This document shows, in pieces, positions 7,236 through 20,755 of a DNA stretch of 64,000 bases (positions within the stretch are counted from its first letter, which is position 1; every line of letters starts with the position of its first letter). The DNA is from Rhizomicrobium sp. Lineage in GTDB: Bacteria; Pseudomonadota; Alphaproteobacteria; Micropepsales; Micropepsaceae. The DNA is taken from assembly GCA_035251465.1 (NCBI GenBank), contig DATFEF010000028.1:715-64714 (forward strand), in the 5' to 3' direction. A model generated the notes under the pieces. It had not been told where the DNA came from and did not search any database. It worked only from the letters and a program-made list of their open reading frames with translations. The position numbers and the translations under genes were made by a program.

Positions 7236-8776
7236 ACAGCACCGTCATCGTCTTCCTGGCGCTGTTCGTTTTCGTCGCGCTGCTGGGCCTGTTCGGATCG
7301 CGCTGGCGCGCCGGCGATCTGTCCCAGCTGCATGAATGGGGTTTGGGCGGGCGCAGCTTCGGCACGATTATCACCTGGTTCCTGCTGGGCGGCGATATCT
7401 ACACCGCCTACACCTTCATCGCGGTGCCCGCTTTGATGTTCGGCGCCGGCGCGCCCGGCTTTTTCGCCGTGCCTTATGCCGCGTTGATGTATCCCTTATT
7501 GTTCCTGGCCTTTCCGAGGCTTTGGTCGGTGTCGCACCGCCACGGCTATGTCACCGCCGCCGATTTCGTGCGCGGGCGCTTCGGCCATCGCGGCTTGGCG
7601 CTGGCCATCGCCGTGACCGGCCTGGTGGCGGTGATGCCTTATATCGCGCTGCAATTGGTGGGCATGCAGGTGGTGATCGCGGCGCTGGGACTGGACTATG
7701 CCGTGCATCTGCCGCTGGTGGGCGCGGTGTCGGTGCCGCTGATCGCCGCCTTCGTGGTACTGTCGGCCTTTACCTATACATCGGGCCTGCGCGGCACCGC
7801 CTTGATCGCGGTGGTGAAGGATTTGCTGGTCTATATCACCGTGCTGGCAGCGATCATCATCATCCCCTCGGAGCTGGGCGGTTACGGCAAAGTGTTCGCC
7901 GCCATACCGCCACAGCAATTGCTGCTGCCGCCGGCGCCGAAAGGAAGCTTGGGGCCGGCCTTTGCCTATATCACCCTGGCGCTGGGTTCGCTGCTGGCGC
8001 TGTTCCTCTATCCCCATTCGGTAACCGGCTTGCTGTCATCCTCCGGCCGCCATGTCATCCGCCGCAACGCCATGGTGCTGCCCGCTTATTCGGTGGCTTT
8101 GGCGCTGATCGCGTTGCTGGGCTATATGGCGTTGGCCTCGGGGGTGAAGGCGATGCCCGAATATGCCGCCGGCTTTAAAAGCTTCGGCAACAATTTCGCG
8201 GTGCCGGCGCTGTTCCTGCACATGTTTCCCGCTTGGTTCGCTGGGCTTGCCTTCGCCGCCATCGCCATCGGCGCGCTGATGCCCGCTTCGATCATGGCGA
8301 TCGCCTGCGGCAATCTTTTCACCCGCAATATCTTCAAGGAGTTCATTTCACCCAACTGCACGCCGCAAGCCGAAGCCAAGGTCGCCAAGCTGGTGGCCTT
8401 TGTCGCCAAGCTGGGGGCGCTGTTCTTTGTCCTGGGATTGCAGACTACCTACGCCATCCAGCTGCAATTGCTGGGCGGCATCTGGATCTGCCAGACGGTG
8501 CCGGCGGTGCTGCTGGGTCTGTATGTGCGGCTGGACCCGCGCGCACTGCTGGTAGGCTGGGCCACGGGCGTCGGCCTGGGCACCTGGATGGTGCTGCAGC
8601 TGGGCTTCAAGAGCAGCACCTATCCGCTGCACATTTTCGGACTGACGGTGCCCTGTTATGCCGCGGTCAGCGCCCTGCTGGCCAATCTTGCGGTCAGCTG
8701 GCTGCTGACCCTGGCACTGCGCGCCGCCGCCCGCACAGCTGAGACCGACGAGACGCGGGCGGAAGATTACGTGTAA
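7232..8776 (+). CDS. mctP: Sodium:solute symporter family monocarboxylate permease (MctP-like)
   Basis: EWGLGGRSFGTIITWFLLGGDIYTAYTFIAVP motif and many TM helices. Confidence 0.85.
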   Translation: MNSTVIVFLALFVFVALLGLFGSRWRAGDLSQLHEWGLGGRSFGTIITWFLLGGDIYTAYTFIAVPALMFGAGAPGFFAVPYAALMYPLLFLAFPRLWSVSHRHGYVTAADFVRGRFGHRGLALAIAVTGLVAVMPYIALQLVGMQVVIAALGLDYAVHLPLVGAVSVPLIAAFVVLSAFTYTSGLRGTALIAVVKDLLVYITVLAAIIIIPSELGGYGKVFAAIPPQQLLLPPAPKGSLGPAFAYITLALGSLLALFLYPHSVTGLLSSSGRHVIRRNAMVLPAYSVALALIALLGYMALASGVKAMPEYAAGFKSFGNNFAVPALFLHMFPAWFAGLAFAAIAIGALMPASIMAIACGNLFTRNIFKEFISPNCTPQAEAKVAKLVAFVAKLGALFFVLGLQTTYAIQLQLLGGIWICQTVPAVLLGLYVRLDPRALLVGWATGVGLGTWMVLQLGFKSSTYPLHIFGLTVPCYAAVSALLANLAVSWLLTLALRAAARTAETDETRAEDYV

Positions 8777-8778
8777 CG

Positions 8779-8878
8779 AGCGCAGCGGATTTTGGCCGCT
8801 GGCCAGGCGCGAGGAGCGAAGTGGGCTTAAAGCCTATGAGCGACGAGCAACGCCGCCAGAGGGCAAAAGACGCGCGCT
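8779..8878. repeat. Palindromic intergenic element between convergent mctP and pstB
   Basis: agcgc...ggcgcgaggagcgaagtgggcttaaagcctatgagcgacgagcaacgccgccag...gcgct, with imperfect inverted ends filling the whole gap. Confidence 0.55.
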
Positions 8879-9722
8879 AGCCGAAACGGCCGGTGATGTA
8901 CTGCTCTGTGCGCTTGTTATCGGGCGCGGTGAAGATTTTCTCCGTCGCGCCATATTCGATCAATTCGCCCAAATACATGAAGGCGGTATAGTCGCTGGCG
9001 CGGCTGGCCTGCTGCATATTGTGGGTGACGATCACGATGGTGTAATCGGCGGCCAGCTCTTCGATCAGCTCCTCGATCTTGGCGGTGGAGATCGGGTCCA
9101 GCGCCGAGCAGGGCTCATCCATCAGAATCACTTCAGGCCGCGTCGCCACGCTGCGCGCGATGCACAGCCGCTGCTGCTGGCCGCCCGACAGCGACAGGCC
9201 GCTGGCATTCAGCTTGTCCTTGACTTCGTTCCATAGCGCGGCGCGCGACAGCGCGTGTTCGACGCGGCCGTCCATTTCCGAGCGCGGAATGCGTTCATAG
9301 AGTTTGATGCCGAAAGCGATATTGTCATAGATCGACATCGGGAAAGGCGTGGGTTTCTGAAACACCATGCCGATACGGGCGCGCAGCAGATTGAGATCCT
9401 TGGTCTTCAGCAGATTCTCGCCGTCCATCAGGATTTCGCCTTCGGCCCGCTGGTTGGGATAGAGCTCGAAGATGCGGTTGATGGCGCGCAGCAAGGTGGA
9501 CTTGCCGCAGCCGGAGGGACCGATGAATGCGGTCACTTTGCGGTCCATCAGCGGCAGGCTGATATTCTTCAGCGCCCTGTTGGCGCCGTAATAGAAGCAC
9601 AGATCCTTGATCTCGACCTTGGCCTTGTCCGCGGGCGCGGCGTGCCCCGACGCGACCGGCCCCGGTGCGGTGTGCCCCGGTGCGGCGTCATGGTCTGGCG
9701 TCATGTGAACTGCGGTGTCCAT
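8877..9722 (-). CDS. pstB: Phosphate ABC transporter ATPase
   Basis: [41 protein letters not shown]. Confidence 0.97.
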   Translation of the reverse strand: MDTAVHMTPDHDAAPGHTAPGPVASGHAAPADKAKVEIKDLCFYYGANRALKNISLPLMDRKVTAFIGPSGCGKSTLLRAINRIFELYPNQRAEGEILMDGENLLKTKDLNLLRARIGMVFQKPTPFPMSIYDNIAFGIKLYERIPRSEMDGRVEHALSRAALWNEVKDKLNASGLSLSGGQQQRLCIARSVATRPEVILMDEPCSALDPISTAKIEELIEELAADYTIVIVTHNMQQASRASDYTAFMYLGELIEYGATEKIFTAPDNKRTEQYITGRFG

Positions 9723-9725
9723 GGA

Positions 9726-10583
9726 TCAGGTCCGTTTCTGGTTTTCGAGAATGCGGGCAGCGATGGAAAGCACCAGCACGGTCGCGGTGATCAGCAGCGC
9801 CCCAGCCCAGGCGAGGGCATGCTGATCTTCATAGGGCCCGGTGGCGAAGGAATAGATCACCGCCGGCAGGCTGGCCATGGGCTCGTTCATGGCGCTGGCG
9901 CTCCAACTCCATCCGCTGTTGCCCAGGGCGGTGAAGAGAAGCGGCGCAGTCTCGCCGGAGATGCGCGCCACCGCCAGCAGCACGCCGGTGATGATGCCGG
10001 CGCGGGCCGCCTTCCAGGTGACGGATTTGATGACAAAATTTTGCGGCGCGCCCAGCGCGCTGGCGGCTTCGCGCAAGCCATTGGGCACCAAGAGCAGCAT
10101 ATTCTCGGTGGTGCGCACCACCACGGGGATCACGATCACCGTCAAGGCGGCGGCACCCGCCCAGCCGGAAAAATGCCCCATCCGCACCACCAGAAGTTCA
10201 TAAATGAACAAGCCGATGACAATGGAAGGGGCCGACAACAGGATGTCGTTGACGAAGCGCACAACAAAAGCGAGCCGTCCGTGACGGGCATATTCCGCCA
10301 GATAGGTCCCGGCAAAAATCCCGATGGGCGTGCCCGCCAAGACCGCGATGGTACTCATCAGAATGCTGCCGCCTATGGCATTGGCAAGCCCGCCCTTGCT
10401 GCCCGGCGGCGGCGTGATCTCGGTGAATAGCGTGGGTGACAGGGCCGAAATGCCGTCCACCAAGAGCCCGCCCAGAATGAAGGTCAGCCAGACCAGGCCA
10501 AACAGGGCGGCGCTCATGGACAGGCCGATAAAGACCGTGTTGGTGAGCCGGCGGCGGAAATAGAGCGCGCGATTTGCCAGCAT
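9726..10583 (-). CDS. pstA: Phosphate ABC transporter permease
   Basis: [34 protein letters not shown]. Confidence 0.96.
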   Translation of the reverse strand: MLANRALYFRRRLTNTVFIGLSMSAALFGLVWLTFILGGLLVDGISALSPTLFTEITPPPGSKGGLANAIGGSILMSTIAVLAGTPIGIFAGTYLAEYARHGRLAFVVRFVNDILLSAPSIVIGLFIYELLVVRMGHFSGWAGAAALTVIVIPVVVRTTENMLLLVPNGLREAASALGAPQNFVIKSVTWKAARAGIITGVLLAVARISGETAPLLFTALGNSGWSWSASAMNEPMASLPAVIYSFATGPYEDQHALAWAGALLITATVLVLSIAARILENQKRT

Positions 10584-11567
10584 CTAATGCCCCTTGCTCC
10601 GTTCCATCCGCAGCAGCATGAACTGAGCGCAGGCCAGGACGATGAAGGTGATGACAAAGAGAAGCAGCCCGAGTTCGATCAGCGCCGAACGGTACAATTC
10701 CCCGGTCGCTTCGGTGAATTCGTTGGCGATGGCGGCCGAGATCGAGGTGCCCGGCGCGAACAAGGAAGGTGCAATCTTGTGCGCGTTGCCGATCACGAAT
10801 GTGACCGCCATGGTCTCGCCCAGGGCGCGGCCCAAGGCCAGCATGGCACCGCCCATCACGCCGGTCTGGCAGAAGGGCAGACAGACTTTCCACATCACTT
10901 CCCAACTGGTCGCCCCCAACCCATAAGAAGCTTCCTTCAACACGCTGGGCACGGTCTCCAGCACGTCACGGGTCACCGCCGAAATGAAGGGCAGGATCAT
11001 GATGGAAAGGATCAGGCCGGCGGTGAGCGTGCCGATCCCGAAGGTGACGCCGCCGAACAGCGTGCCGAGCACCGGAATATCGGCAACGGCGGTGGCCACC
11101 GGTTCTTGCACATGAAGCTGGAACCAGGGCGCGAACACGAAGAAGCCCCAAATGCCATAGATGATGGAGGGAATGCCGGCGAGCAGCTCGACGGCGATGC
11201 CGATGGGGCGGCGCAGCGGGCGCGGGCAAAGATCGGTGAGGAAGATGGCAATGCCGATGCCGACCGGCACCGCGATGAGCATGGCGATCAGACTGGTGAC
11301 CAGCGTGCCGTAGATCGGAGCCAGCGCGCCGAACCGTTCGCGGGTGGGACTCCAAATTTCCGTGGTGATGAAGCCAAAGCCAAAAGCCTTGAAGGCCGGC
11401 ATAGCGCCGATGATCAGCGAGGTGATCACGCCCGCGAAAATCGCCAAGACCGTCAGCGCCGCCGCAAGCGCGGTCAACCGGAAACGCACATCGCCCGCCC
11501 CAGCCCGGCGGGCAGTCTCGACTCGGGCGGAGAGGGCAGCAGGTTCGCGCAAGCTGATATCGGTCAA
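10584..11567 (-). CDS. pstC: Phosphate ABC transporter permease
   Basis: ELLAGIPSIIYG and LGRALGETMAV. TTG start with GAGG RBS chosen; the ORF is open to 11678. Confidence 0.95.
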   Translation of the reverse strand: MTDISLREPAALSARVETARRAGAGDVRFRLTALAAALTVLAIFAGVITSLIIGAMPAFKAFGFGFITTEIWSPTRERFGALAPIYGTLVTSLIAMLIAVPVGIGIAIFLTDLCPRPLRRPIGIAVELLAGIPSIIYGIWGFFVFAPWFQLHVQEPVATAVADIPVLGTLFGGVTFGIGTLTAGLILSIMILPFISAVTRDVLETVPSVLKEASYGLGATSWEVMWKVCLPFCQTGVMGGAMLALGRALGETMAVTFVIGNAHKIAPSLFAPGTSISAAIANEFTEATGELYRSALIELGLLLFVITFIVLACAQFMLLRMERSKGH

Positions 11568-11625
11568 AGACGGCCTCGGAAAGACGTGGATGGGAGGCAA
11601 TTCACACTCCGTCCACGCCACGAAC

Positions 11626-11654
11626 ATCACAGTCTTGCAAAGCTTTTGTGACAG
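11626..11654 (-). promoter_or_regulatory. Candidate Pho box upstream of pstC
   Basis: Minus strand CTGTCAC-aaaa-gctttgc-aaga-CTGTGAT: two PhoB-like half sites 22 bp apart, on the 11-bp period. Confidence 0.6.
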
Positions 11655-11826
11655 GCGGCCGGATGTTATTATAAGCATATGATATATAATAGATATTTCT
11701 ACTCCAGGGGGCGCCGGCAGCGACGCTTTGGGGTTAAACGGCTCGGTTCAGCCTTTAAACGTTTCTGAACGGTGGATACGCGACACTGCCGCCGGCAAAA
11801 ACCCGGCAATAAGGCTGATATTTTTG

Positions 11827-14039
<2,213 letters not shown>

Positions 14040-14043
<4 letters not shown>

Positions 14044-15368
14044 TGGATTCGGCGCGCCGGCGCTACACCTTCCGCGATTATCTCAATCCCCGCGTCCTGA
14101 CCATGCTGGCGCTTGGCTTTTCGTCGGGGCTGCCCTTCAACCTGGTCGGCAACACGCTTGGCTATTGGCTTAGGGATGAGCAGACAACCCTGAAAGCGAT
14201 CGGCTTTATCTCTTGGGTCGGCATTGCCTATTCGCTGAAGTTTCTATGGGCGCCGCTGCTCGACCGCACCCCGGTGCCGGTGCTGGGCCTATTGGGTCAG
14301 CGGCGGGGCTGGATCCTGTTGACCCAGCTCCTGGTCGGTTGCGGCCTGATCGCCATGGCAATTCTCGGCACCGGCCACGGCCTCGGCGCTTTGGGCGCGG
14401 TGGCGCTGGTTGTGGCCTTCTCCGCTTCCACCCAGGACATCGCGGTCGATGCCTGGCGGATTGAAAGCGCGAGAGACCGCGACGATTTGGGCCTTCTGAC
14501 CTCGGCCTACACCATGGGCTTTCGCGGCGCCCTGCTGGGAACGGAAGCTATCATCCTGCCCATCGCCCAACGCATCGGCTGGAATGCCTCCTACGCGGTT
14601 TATGGCGCGCTGATTGGCGTGGGCATCATCGCCTGCCTCGCCGCTGCCGAGCCGGTCGAAGGCGACAAGGTGATTGCGGAGAAGCGAGCCAGCAAGCCGA
14701 TTTCCACCCCGCGCGGCGTCTTTGACGCGATTGCCGGACCCTTTATCGCCTTCTTCAAGGCGCATGGCGCCAATGCCGTTCTGATGCTGCTGGCGATCAG
14801 CCTTTTCCAATTGCCCAACTTTGTCAGCGGACCGATGTACAACCCCATGTATGTCGATATGGGTCTGACCAAGGATGTGGTCGGGGCGGTGCGCGGCAGT
14901 TTCGGGATGGTGGGCGTGTTCCTGGGCGTGGCGATGGGCGGGTATCTCTCCCTGCGGCTGGGGTTGATGCGGGCCGTGATCGTCGGTTGCTTTGGCCAGA
15001 TGTTCGGCACGGCGCTTTATGCGGTTCTGCCCTACGCCCACGACCCGGTGACGTTCGCGGTGATCATGGGAGTAGACAATTTCGCCATCGCCATGGCGGG
15101 GGTCACGCTGGTGGCCTACATGTCCAGCCTGACAAGTCTGGGTTACACCGCGACGCAGTATGCGCTTCTGTCTTCGACCTATGCCTGGGCCGGCAAAATC
15201 TTGAAGGGCTTCTCCGGCGCGGCGGTGGAAAGCCTGGCTGCCCAGTTTGGCCTGATGAACGCCTATGCCGCTTTTTTCATCGGTTGCGGGGCGATTGGGG
15301 TTCCTGCCCTGATCTTGTTCATGCTTCTGGCGCGGCGGCAGCCCCCGTTAAGCGTTAACCCCACGTAA
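14040..15368 (+). CDS. ampG: AmpG-family MFS muropeptide permease
   Basis: LGFSSGLP, KFLWAPLLD, SASTQDIAVDAWRIE, YTATQYALLSS. Confidence 0.9.
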
Positions 15369-15510
15369 TTTCACAAATTTTTACCAAGCCCTTGGATTGT
15401 GACAGCCGCTTGGGCTAAAATTGCCAAACTGTCGCACAAGGGGTTTAAGCCCTGACAGGAACAGCCCGGCGAGTCGTGGGGATTTTCACCGGGACGAATA
15501 GGAAGCAATC

Positions 15511-16353
15511 GTGGTCAATATCTACGAAGCCGGACCTTTCGAGGGACGCTTGGAGCAATGGCCCGTATTGGCGGTGTCCGGCGCGTTGGAAGTGCGCCTT
15601 GCCGAAACCGAATACGAGGTCGAGCAGGCGCAGCGCCTGCGCTACACCGTCTTCTATCAAGAGATGAGCGCGATCCCCTCGCCCCAGATGCGCGAGAGCG
15701 GCCGCGACTTCGACAAATATGACGATGTCTGCGACCACCTGCTGGTGGTGGACCGCGATGCCCATGACGAGGACGGCCAGCCGCTGGTGGTGGGCACCTA
15801 CCGGCTGACGCGCAAGAAGGACGCCGACAAGGTCGGCGGCTTCTACACCTCCAGCGAGTATGACCTGGCGCCCATGCTGGGGGGCCTGCCCGCCGACACC
15901 AAATATCTGGAGCTGGGCCGTTCCTGCATCCTCAAAAGCTATCGCGCCCGTCCCGGCACCATGCAGCTTCTCTGGAAAGGATTGATGGCCTATGTCGCGC
16001 GCTTCGACATCGACCTGATGTTCGGCTGTGCCAGCCTGCCCGGAATCGATGTGAGCGAGATGGCGCTGCCGCTGTCCTATCTGCATCACTTCCATGCCAT
16101 GCCCGAACATCTCAAGGTCAAGGCGCGGCCGGAATTGTTCGTGGCCATGAGCCGCATGCCCAAGGAAACGATCGATGAGCGCGAAGCCATTCGCAGCCTG
16201 CCGGCCATGCTGAAAGGCTATGTGCGCGCGGGCTGCTGCATCGGCGAGGGCGCCGTGATCGACCGGCAATTCGCCACCACCGACGTCTTCATTTATTTCC
16301 CGCTATCGGGCCTGGACCCGCGCTACAAGAGCCGCTTCGGCCTGGTGAAGTGA
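15511..16353 (+). CDS. olsB: Ornithine-lipid N-acyltransferase (GNAT)
   Basis: AQRLRYTVFYQEM, DFDKYDDVCDHLLV, VGTYRL, LELGRSC, MFGCAS, LKGYVRAG. Confidence 0.85.
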   Translation: MVNIYEAGPFEGRLEQWPVLAVSGALEVRLAETEYEVEQAQRLRYTVFYQEMSAIPSPQMRESGRDFDKYDDVCDHLLVVDRDAHDEDGQPLVVGTYRLTRKKDADKVGGFYTSSEYDLAPMLGGLPADTKYLELGRSCILKSYRARPGTMQLLWKGLMAYVARFDIDLMFGCASLPGIDVSEMALPLSYLHHFHAMPEHLKVKARPELFVAMSRMPKETIDEREAIRSLPAMLKGYVRAGCCIGEGAVIDRQFATTDVFIYFPLSGLDPRYKSRFGLVK

Positions 16354-16460
16354 CATCGCGCCAAAGCGCGATGTCATCCCGTGAGCTTCGGCGCCCGTAG
16401 GGCGTGAGCATGTCCAGTGGACATGCGAAAGATGCGAACGCCGCGAGCGGCAGGCGCGGC
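16351..16460 (+). repeat. Hairpin plus GTCCAGTGGAC-core palindromic element
   Basis: tgacatcgcgc-caaa-gcgcgatgtca (16351-16376), then gtgag...gcatgtccagtggacatgc...gaacgccgcgagc. Confidence 0.75.
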
Positions 16461-16485
16461 GGGGAAATGGGCCCCATTCCAATAA

Positions 16486-17184
16486 TCAGGCCAAATCAAA
16501 CAGCAGCACTTCGCTCGGCGCGTTCGATTTGACCGCGATCTCGGTCAGATCGCTGATGGCGGCGGCATCGCCCGCCTTCAGCACGTCCTCGCCCAACTTG
16601 ACCTCGCCCTTGGCGACTTGCAGCCAGGCCTTGCGGCCCTGCGCCAAAGGATGGATCGCCTCGACTCCGGCATCCAGCTTGGCGGCCCAGATTTCCGCAT
16701 CCTGCACCAGCCGCACTTCATTCTCGCGCGGGTCCGGCGCGGCGATGCGGGCGAAATGATTGTGCACGCTTTGCGGATCGATGGCCTTTTGTTCATAGCC
16801 GGGCGCAATGCCGCGCTGGGACGGCACGATCCAGATCTGCAGCAGATGGCAAGTCTCGCTCGCGCTGGCATTGAACTCGGCATGGACGATGCCGCTGCCG
16901 GCGCTCATGCGCTGGATTTCGCCGGGCCGGATGGTGCCGCCGCCGCCGGTGGAATCCTTGTGGGCGATGGCCCCGTCCAGGATATAGGTGACGATCTCCA
17001 TGTCGCGATGGGGGTGGGGCGGAAAGCCCGCCCCGCCCTTGATCCAATCCTCATTGATCACGCGCAACGCGCCAAAGCTTTCATGCGCCGGGTCGTAATA
17101 GTCGCCGAAGGAGAAGGAATGGCACGATTCCAGCCAGTCCATCTTGTTATAGCCGCGGTCTTCTGACTTGCGTACCGTAATCAT
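16486..17184 (-). CDS. Pirin family protein (YhhW-like)
   Basis: [35 protein letters not shown]. Confidence 0.93.
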   Translation of the reverse strand: MITVRKSEDRGYNKMDWLESCHSFSFGDYYDPAHESFGALRVINEDWIKGGAGFPPHPHRDMEIVTYILDGAIAHKDSTGGGGTIRPGEIQRMSAGSGIVHAEFNASASETCHLLQIWIVPSQRGIAPGYEQKAIDPQSVHNHFARIAAPDPRENEVRLVQDAEIWAAKLDAGVEAIHPLAQGRKAWLQVAKGEVKLGEDVLKAGDAAAISDLTEIAVKSNAPSEVLLFDLA

Positions 17185-18122
17185 TTGCGCCTTCTTTCAA
17201 TGGCATCCCAGACCAGAGCCGCGATATCGGCGCCGCCAAAACGCTTGATCTCGTGAATGCCGGTCGGGGAGGTAACGTTGATCTCGGTCATATAGTCGCC
17301 GATCACGTCAATACCAGTGAAGATAAGCCCGCGTTTTTTCAACTCCGGTCCGATGGCGGCGCATATCGCCTTCTCGCGCGCCGTCAGTTCGGTGGCTTCG
17401 GGTCTGCCCCCCACATGCATGTTGGAGCGGGCCTCGCCGGAAGCCGGGACGCGGTTGATGGCGCCGGCATATTCCCCGTCCACCAGGATGATGCGCTTGT
17501 CGCCCTTGCGGACCTCGGGAATATAGCGCTGCACGATCACCGGTTCGCGGTAGAACAAAGTGAACATCTCCATCAAGGCGCCGAAATTTTCATCGTCTTG
17601 CTTGAGCCGGAATACGCCGGCCCCGCCATTGCCATAGAGCGGCTTGATGATGATGTCCTTGTGCTCGTCACGGAAGGCGCGGATCTCGCGCAGGTCCGAG
17701 GTGATCAAAGTGGGCGGGATGAAATCCGCGAACTCGGTGACAAACAATTTTTCCGGCGCGTTGCGCACATGCCTGGGATCGTTCACCACCAATGTCTGGG
17801 GGTGAATGCGCTCCAGGATATGCGTGGCGGTGATATAGGCCATGTCGAAAGGCGGATCCTGGCGCATCAAGACCACATCCGCCGCCGACAGGTCATAGAC
17901 AAAGGCTTCGCCCAGCGCGAAATGATCGCCTTTCACCGCGCGCAGATTCAAGGGCCGCACATGGGCCGTGACCATGCCGTCGCGGAAGGAAAGATCGCGC
18001 GGTCCGTAATAGAGCAGGCCATGGCCGCGCTTTTGCGCTTCCAACGCCAGGGCAAAAGTGGAATCGCCGCCGATATCGATCTTCTCGATCGGGTCCATCT
18101 GGATCGCGACGGTCAATGCCAT
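17181..18122 (-). CDS. gshB: Glutathione synthetase
   Basis: [36 protein letters not shown]. Confidence 0.97.
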   Translation of the reverse strand: MALTVAIQMDPIEKIDIGGDSTFALALEAQKRGHGLLYYGPRDLSFRDGMVTAHVRPLNLRAVKGDHFALGEAFVYDLSAADVVLMRQDPPFDMAYITATHILERIHPQTLVVNDPRHVRNAPEKLFVTEFADFIPPTLITSDLREIRAFRDEHKDIIIKPLYGNGGAGVFRLKQDDENFGALMEMFTLFYREPVIVQRYIPEVRKGDKRIILVDGEYAGAINRVPASGEARSNMHVGGRPEATELTAREKAICAAIGPELKKRGLIFTGIDVIGDYMTEINVTSPTGIHEIKRFGGADIAALVWDAIERRRK

Positions 18123-18170
18123 GAAAGCCTCTTTTTTCGATGGGCGGTCCGGCTTTCGCCTAACGCCCTG

Positions 18171-18533
18171 TTATGGCCGCCACGCGTCCCGGTGATGCAC
18201 CGGCAAGGCATGGGGCGCGATGGCGACAATATCAAAGCGGCTGCCGCGCCGGGCCAGTCCCGGACGGCTGGCGAGATATAAGGAGGCGGCGCGGGCAATG
18301 CGAGTCTGCTGGGCCGGTCCCACCGATTCCGCCGCGGTTCGCGCCAAACCCCGCGCCTTGACCTCGACAAAACAGACCGGGCCGAAGGGGGCGGTGGCCA
18401 CCAGATCGATTTCCCCGGCCCGGGTTTTCAGCCGCCGCGCCAGGATGCGGTAGCCCTTGAGCCGCAGCCACAACGCCGCGACGGTTTCGCTGCGATGGCC
18501 GCGCCGTTCGGCGGCATGACGATCAATCGCCAT
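18171..18533 (-). CDS. yraN: YraN family protein
   Basis: GYRILARR, GEIDLVA, FVEVKAR, RFDIVA. Confidence 0.92.
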   Translation of the reverse strand: MAIDRHAAERRGHRSETVAALWLRLKGYRILARRLKTRAGEIDLVATAPFGPVCFVEVKARGLARTAAESVGPAQQTRIARAASLYLASRPGLARRGSRFDIVAIAPHALPVHHRDAWRP

Positions 18534-19407
18534 CTTTCAACTCCAGCGCGCGGGCATACAAAGCCGTGCGCGAGCCATCGGTGAGGCCGGCGATCATCTC
18601 GGCCGCCGCCTTCACCGGCATGAAGGCCAAAGCCGCTTTCAACGCCGCATCGATCCGGACGCTGTCAGGCGAAGCCGCCGCATCGGGCGGCGCAACTAAC
18701 AAAGTCACTTCCCCCTTGGGGGCCTTGGCGTAATGCGCCGCCAGCTCGCGCAAACTTCCGCGCCGCACTTCCTCATGCAGCTTGGTCAACTCGCGCGCCA
18801 CCACCGCTTGCCGGTCACCCAACACCTCCGCCAGCGCGGGAAGCGAGTCCTCCAGCCGCTGGGCGGATTCAAAAAAGATCAGGGTGGCGCGCACGCCGCC
18901 CAATTCCTCCAGCATGCTTTTGCGCATTCCCGCTTTGGACGGAAGAAAGCCCGCGAACAAAAAGCGGTCGGTGGGCAGCCCGCTCAAGGTCAGGCCCGCC
19001 AACACCGCCGACGGTCCCGGCAGGGCGACGATATTGGCGCCCGCCGCGATCGCCTCGCGCACCAGCTTGTAGCCTGGGTCCGACACCAGCGGCGTGCCGG
19101 CATCCGAGACCAGCGCCACGGCCTGGCCTTGCTCCAGCCGGGCCAGAATTTTGGGCCGCATCAGCGCGCCGTTATGGTCGTTATAGGGGATCAGCGGCTT
19201 GGAGATACCGTGAATGGCCAGCAGCTTGGCGGTGACGCGGGTATCCTCGGCGGCGATCACATCGCAACCTTTCAAGACCTCCAGCGCTCTTAAGGAAATA
19301 TCGCGGGCATTGCCGATGGGGGTGGCGAGGATATAAAGCCCTGCCGCCAAATGAGACTCATCCGGTGATTTACCGCCTGTGTCCGAAGGCTTAGATTTGC
19401 GCGTCAA
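18523..19407 (-). CDS. rsmI: 16S rRNA C1402 2'-O-methyltransferase
   Basis: LYILATPIGN, AEDTR, VSDAGTPLVSDPG, ARELTKLHEE. Start uncertain. Confidence 0.95.
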   Translation of the reverse strand: MTRKSKPSDTGGKSPDESHLAAGLYILATPIGNARDISLRALEVLKGCDVIAAEDTRVTAKLLAIHGISKPLIPYNDHNGALMRPKILARLEQGQAVALVSDAGTPLVSDPGYKLVREAIAAGANIVALPGPSAVLAGLTLSGLPTDRFLFAGFLPSKAGMRKSMLEELGGVRATLIFFESAQRLEDSLPALAEVLGDRQAVVARELTKLHEEVRRGSLRELAAHYAKAPKGEVTLLVAPPDAAASPDSVRIDAALKAALAFMPVKAAAEMIAGLTDGSRTALYARALELKDGD

Positions 19408-19418
19408 AGGATTTTCCG

Positions 19419-20648
19419 ATGCCTGTTTCTGCCACGTCCCTGAGCCGCTTTTGTGCCATTGCCTTAAGCGTTGCGATAGCCGCCTGCACGCCCAAGCCGC
19501 AAGGCCCGGCGCCCGCCACCCAGGCGCCCGTCCCGCAGGGTCCTGTTGCCGCCGATCCGCTGGACCGCGATCTGCCCAGCTATCTGCGCCTGCCCGGCAC
19601 GCCCGCCGATGTGACCCCGGTGCGGGTGGGGATCATCCTGCCCTTTACCAGCAGCTCGGCACCGACCCGGGCCCTGGCCGCCTCGATGATGAAGGCGGCG
19701 CAACTGGCGATGTTCGATTCCGGCAATGACAAAATCCTTTTGATGACCGCCGACGAGGGCAATGGCGGCGCCGGTGCCGCCGCCGCCGCGCAGCAGCTTC
19801 TGGCGCAGGGCGCCGAAGTGATCGTGGGCCCCTTGTTCGGGCCGTCGGTGTCGGCGGTGGCTCCGATCGCGCGCGACCGCGCCGTGCCGGTGCTGGCCTT
19901 CTCCACCGAAAAGACCGTGGCGGGCAACGGCGCCTATCTGCTGAGTTTCATGCCTCAGAACGAAGTGGGCCGGGTGATCGGCTATGCCGCCAGCAAAGGC
20001 CATAAGCAGTTCGCCGCTTTGGCGCCGCAGACCCCCTATGGCGATGTCGCCAAGGATGCTTTCAGCGAAGCCGTCGCCGCCGCCCATGGCAATGTGGTGG
20101 ATGTGGAACGCTATCCGCCCAATGCCGGGGCGATCGCCGCGCCCGCCGGCGCCGTGGCCAAGAGCGGCGCCGACGCGGTGCTGATCGCCCAGGGCGGTGT
20201 GATCCTGCGCGCCATCGCGCCCACTTTGTCTTTGGAGGGCGCGACAAGGGACAAGGTCAAGCTGCTGGGCACCGGCTTGTGGGACGATGACGCCCAATTG
20301 ATGCGCGAAGCCAGCCTGCTGGGAAGCTGGTACGCCGCGCCCGCCCCCAATGCCGATGCCGAATTCGCCGGCAAATATCGCGCCGCCTTCGGCGCCGCGC
20401 CGGCGCAATTGGCAAGCCTGGCTTACGATGCGGTGTCTCTTGTCGCGCTGCTGGCGCCGGGCAGGCCCTATCACCGCTTCACCACGGCCGCCCTGATGGA
20501 CCCCAATGGTTTTGCCGGGGTCAACGGCATCTTCCGCTTCAAGGCCGACGGCACCTCCGAGCGCGGCTTGGCGGTGCTGGAAGTCACCGCCACCGGCCCG
20601 GTGGTGGTGAGCCCCGCGCCGACGACGTTTCTGGGGAAGAATAGCTAA
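19419..20648 (+). CDS. LpoA/LppC-like lipoprotein (periplasmic binding protein fold)
   Basis: Lipobox IAAC, VIVGPLF, ASLAYDA, GFAGVNGIFRF. Divergent from rsmI. Confidence 0.85.
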   Translation: MPVSATSLSRFCAIALSVAIAACTPKPQGPAPATQAPVPQGPVAADPLDRDLPSYLRLPGTPADVTPVRVGIILPFTSSSAPTRALAASMMKAAQLAMFDSGNDKILLMTADEGNGGAGAAAAAQQLLAQGAEVIVGPLFGPSVSAVAPIARDRAVPVLAFSTEKTVAGNGAYLLSFMPQNEVGRVIGYAASKGHKQFAALAPQTPYGDVAKDAFSEAVAAAHGNVVDVERYPPNAGAIAAPAGAVAKSGADAVLIAQGGVILRAIAPTLSLEGATRDKVKLLGTGLWDDDAQLMREASLLGSWYAAPAPNADAEFAGKYRAAFGAAPAQLASLAYDAVSLVALLAPGRPYHRFTTAALMDPNGFAGVNGIFRFKADGTSERGLAVLEVTATGPVVVSPAPTTFLGKNS

Positions 20649-20660
20649 GACCAAGCTTCA

Positions 20661-20735
20661 CTTGTCATGCCCACGAAAGTGGGCATCCATCGGGCCGTTT
20701 GAAAGATGGATTCCCGCTTACGCGGGAATGACAAG
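20661..20735. repeat. GTCAT..CCC/GGGAATGAC REP-like palindrome
   Basis: cttgtcatgcccacgaaagtgggcatccat...atggattcccgcttacgcgggaatgacaag. Confidence 0.85.
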
Positions 20736-20755
20736 AAACAGAAATACAATTCAAG

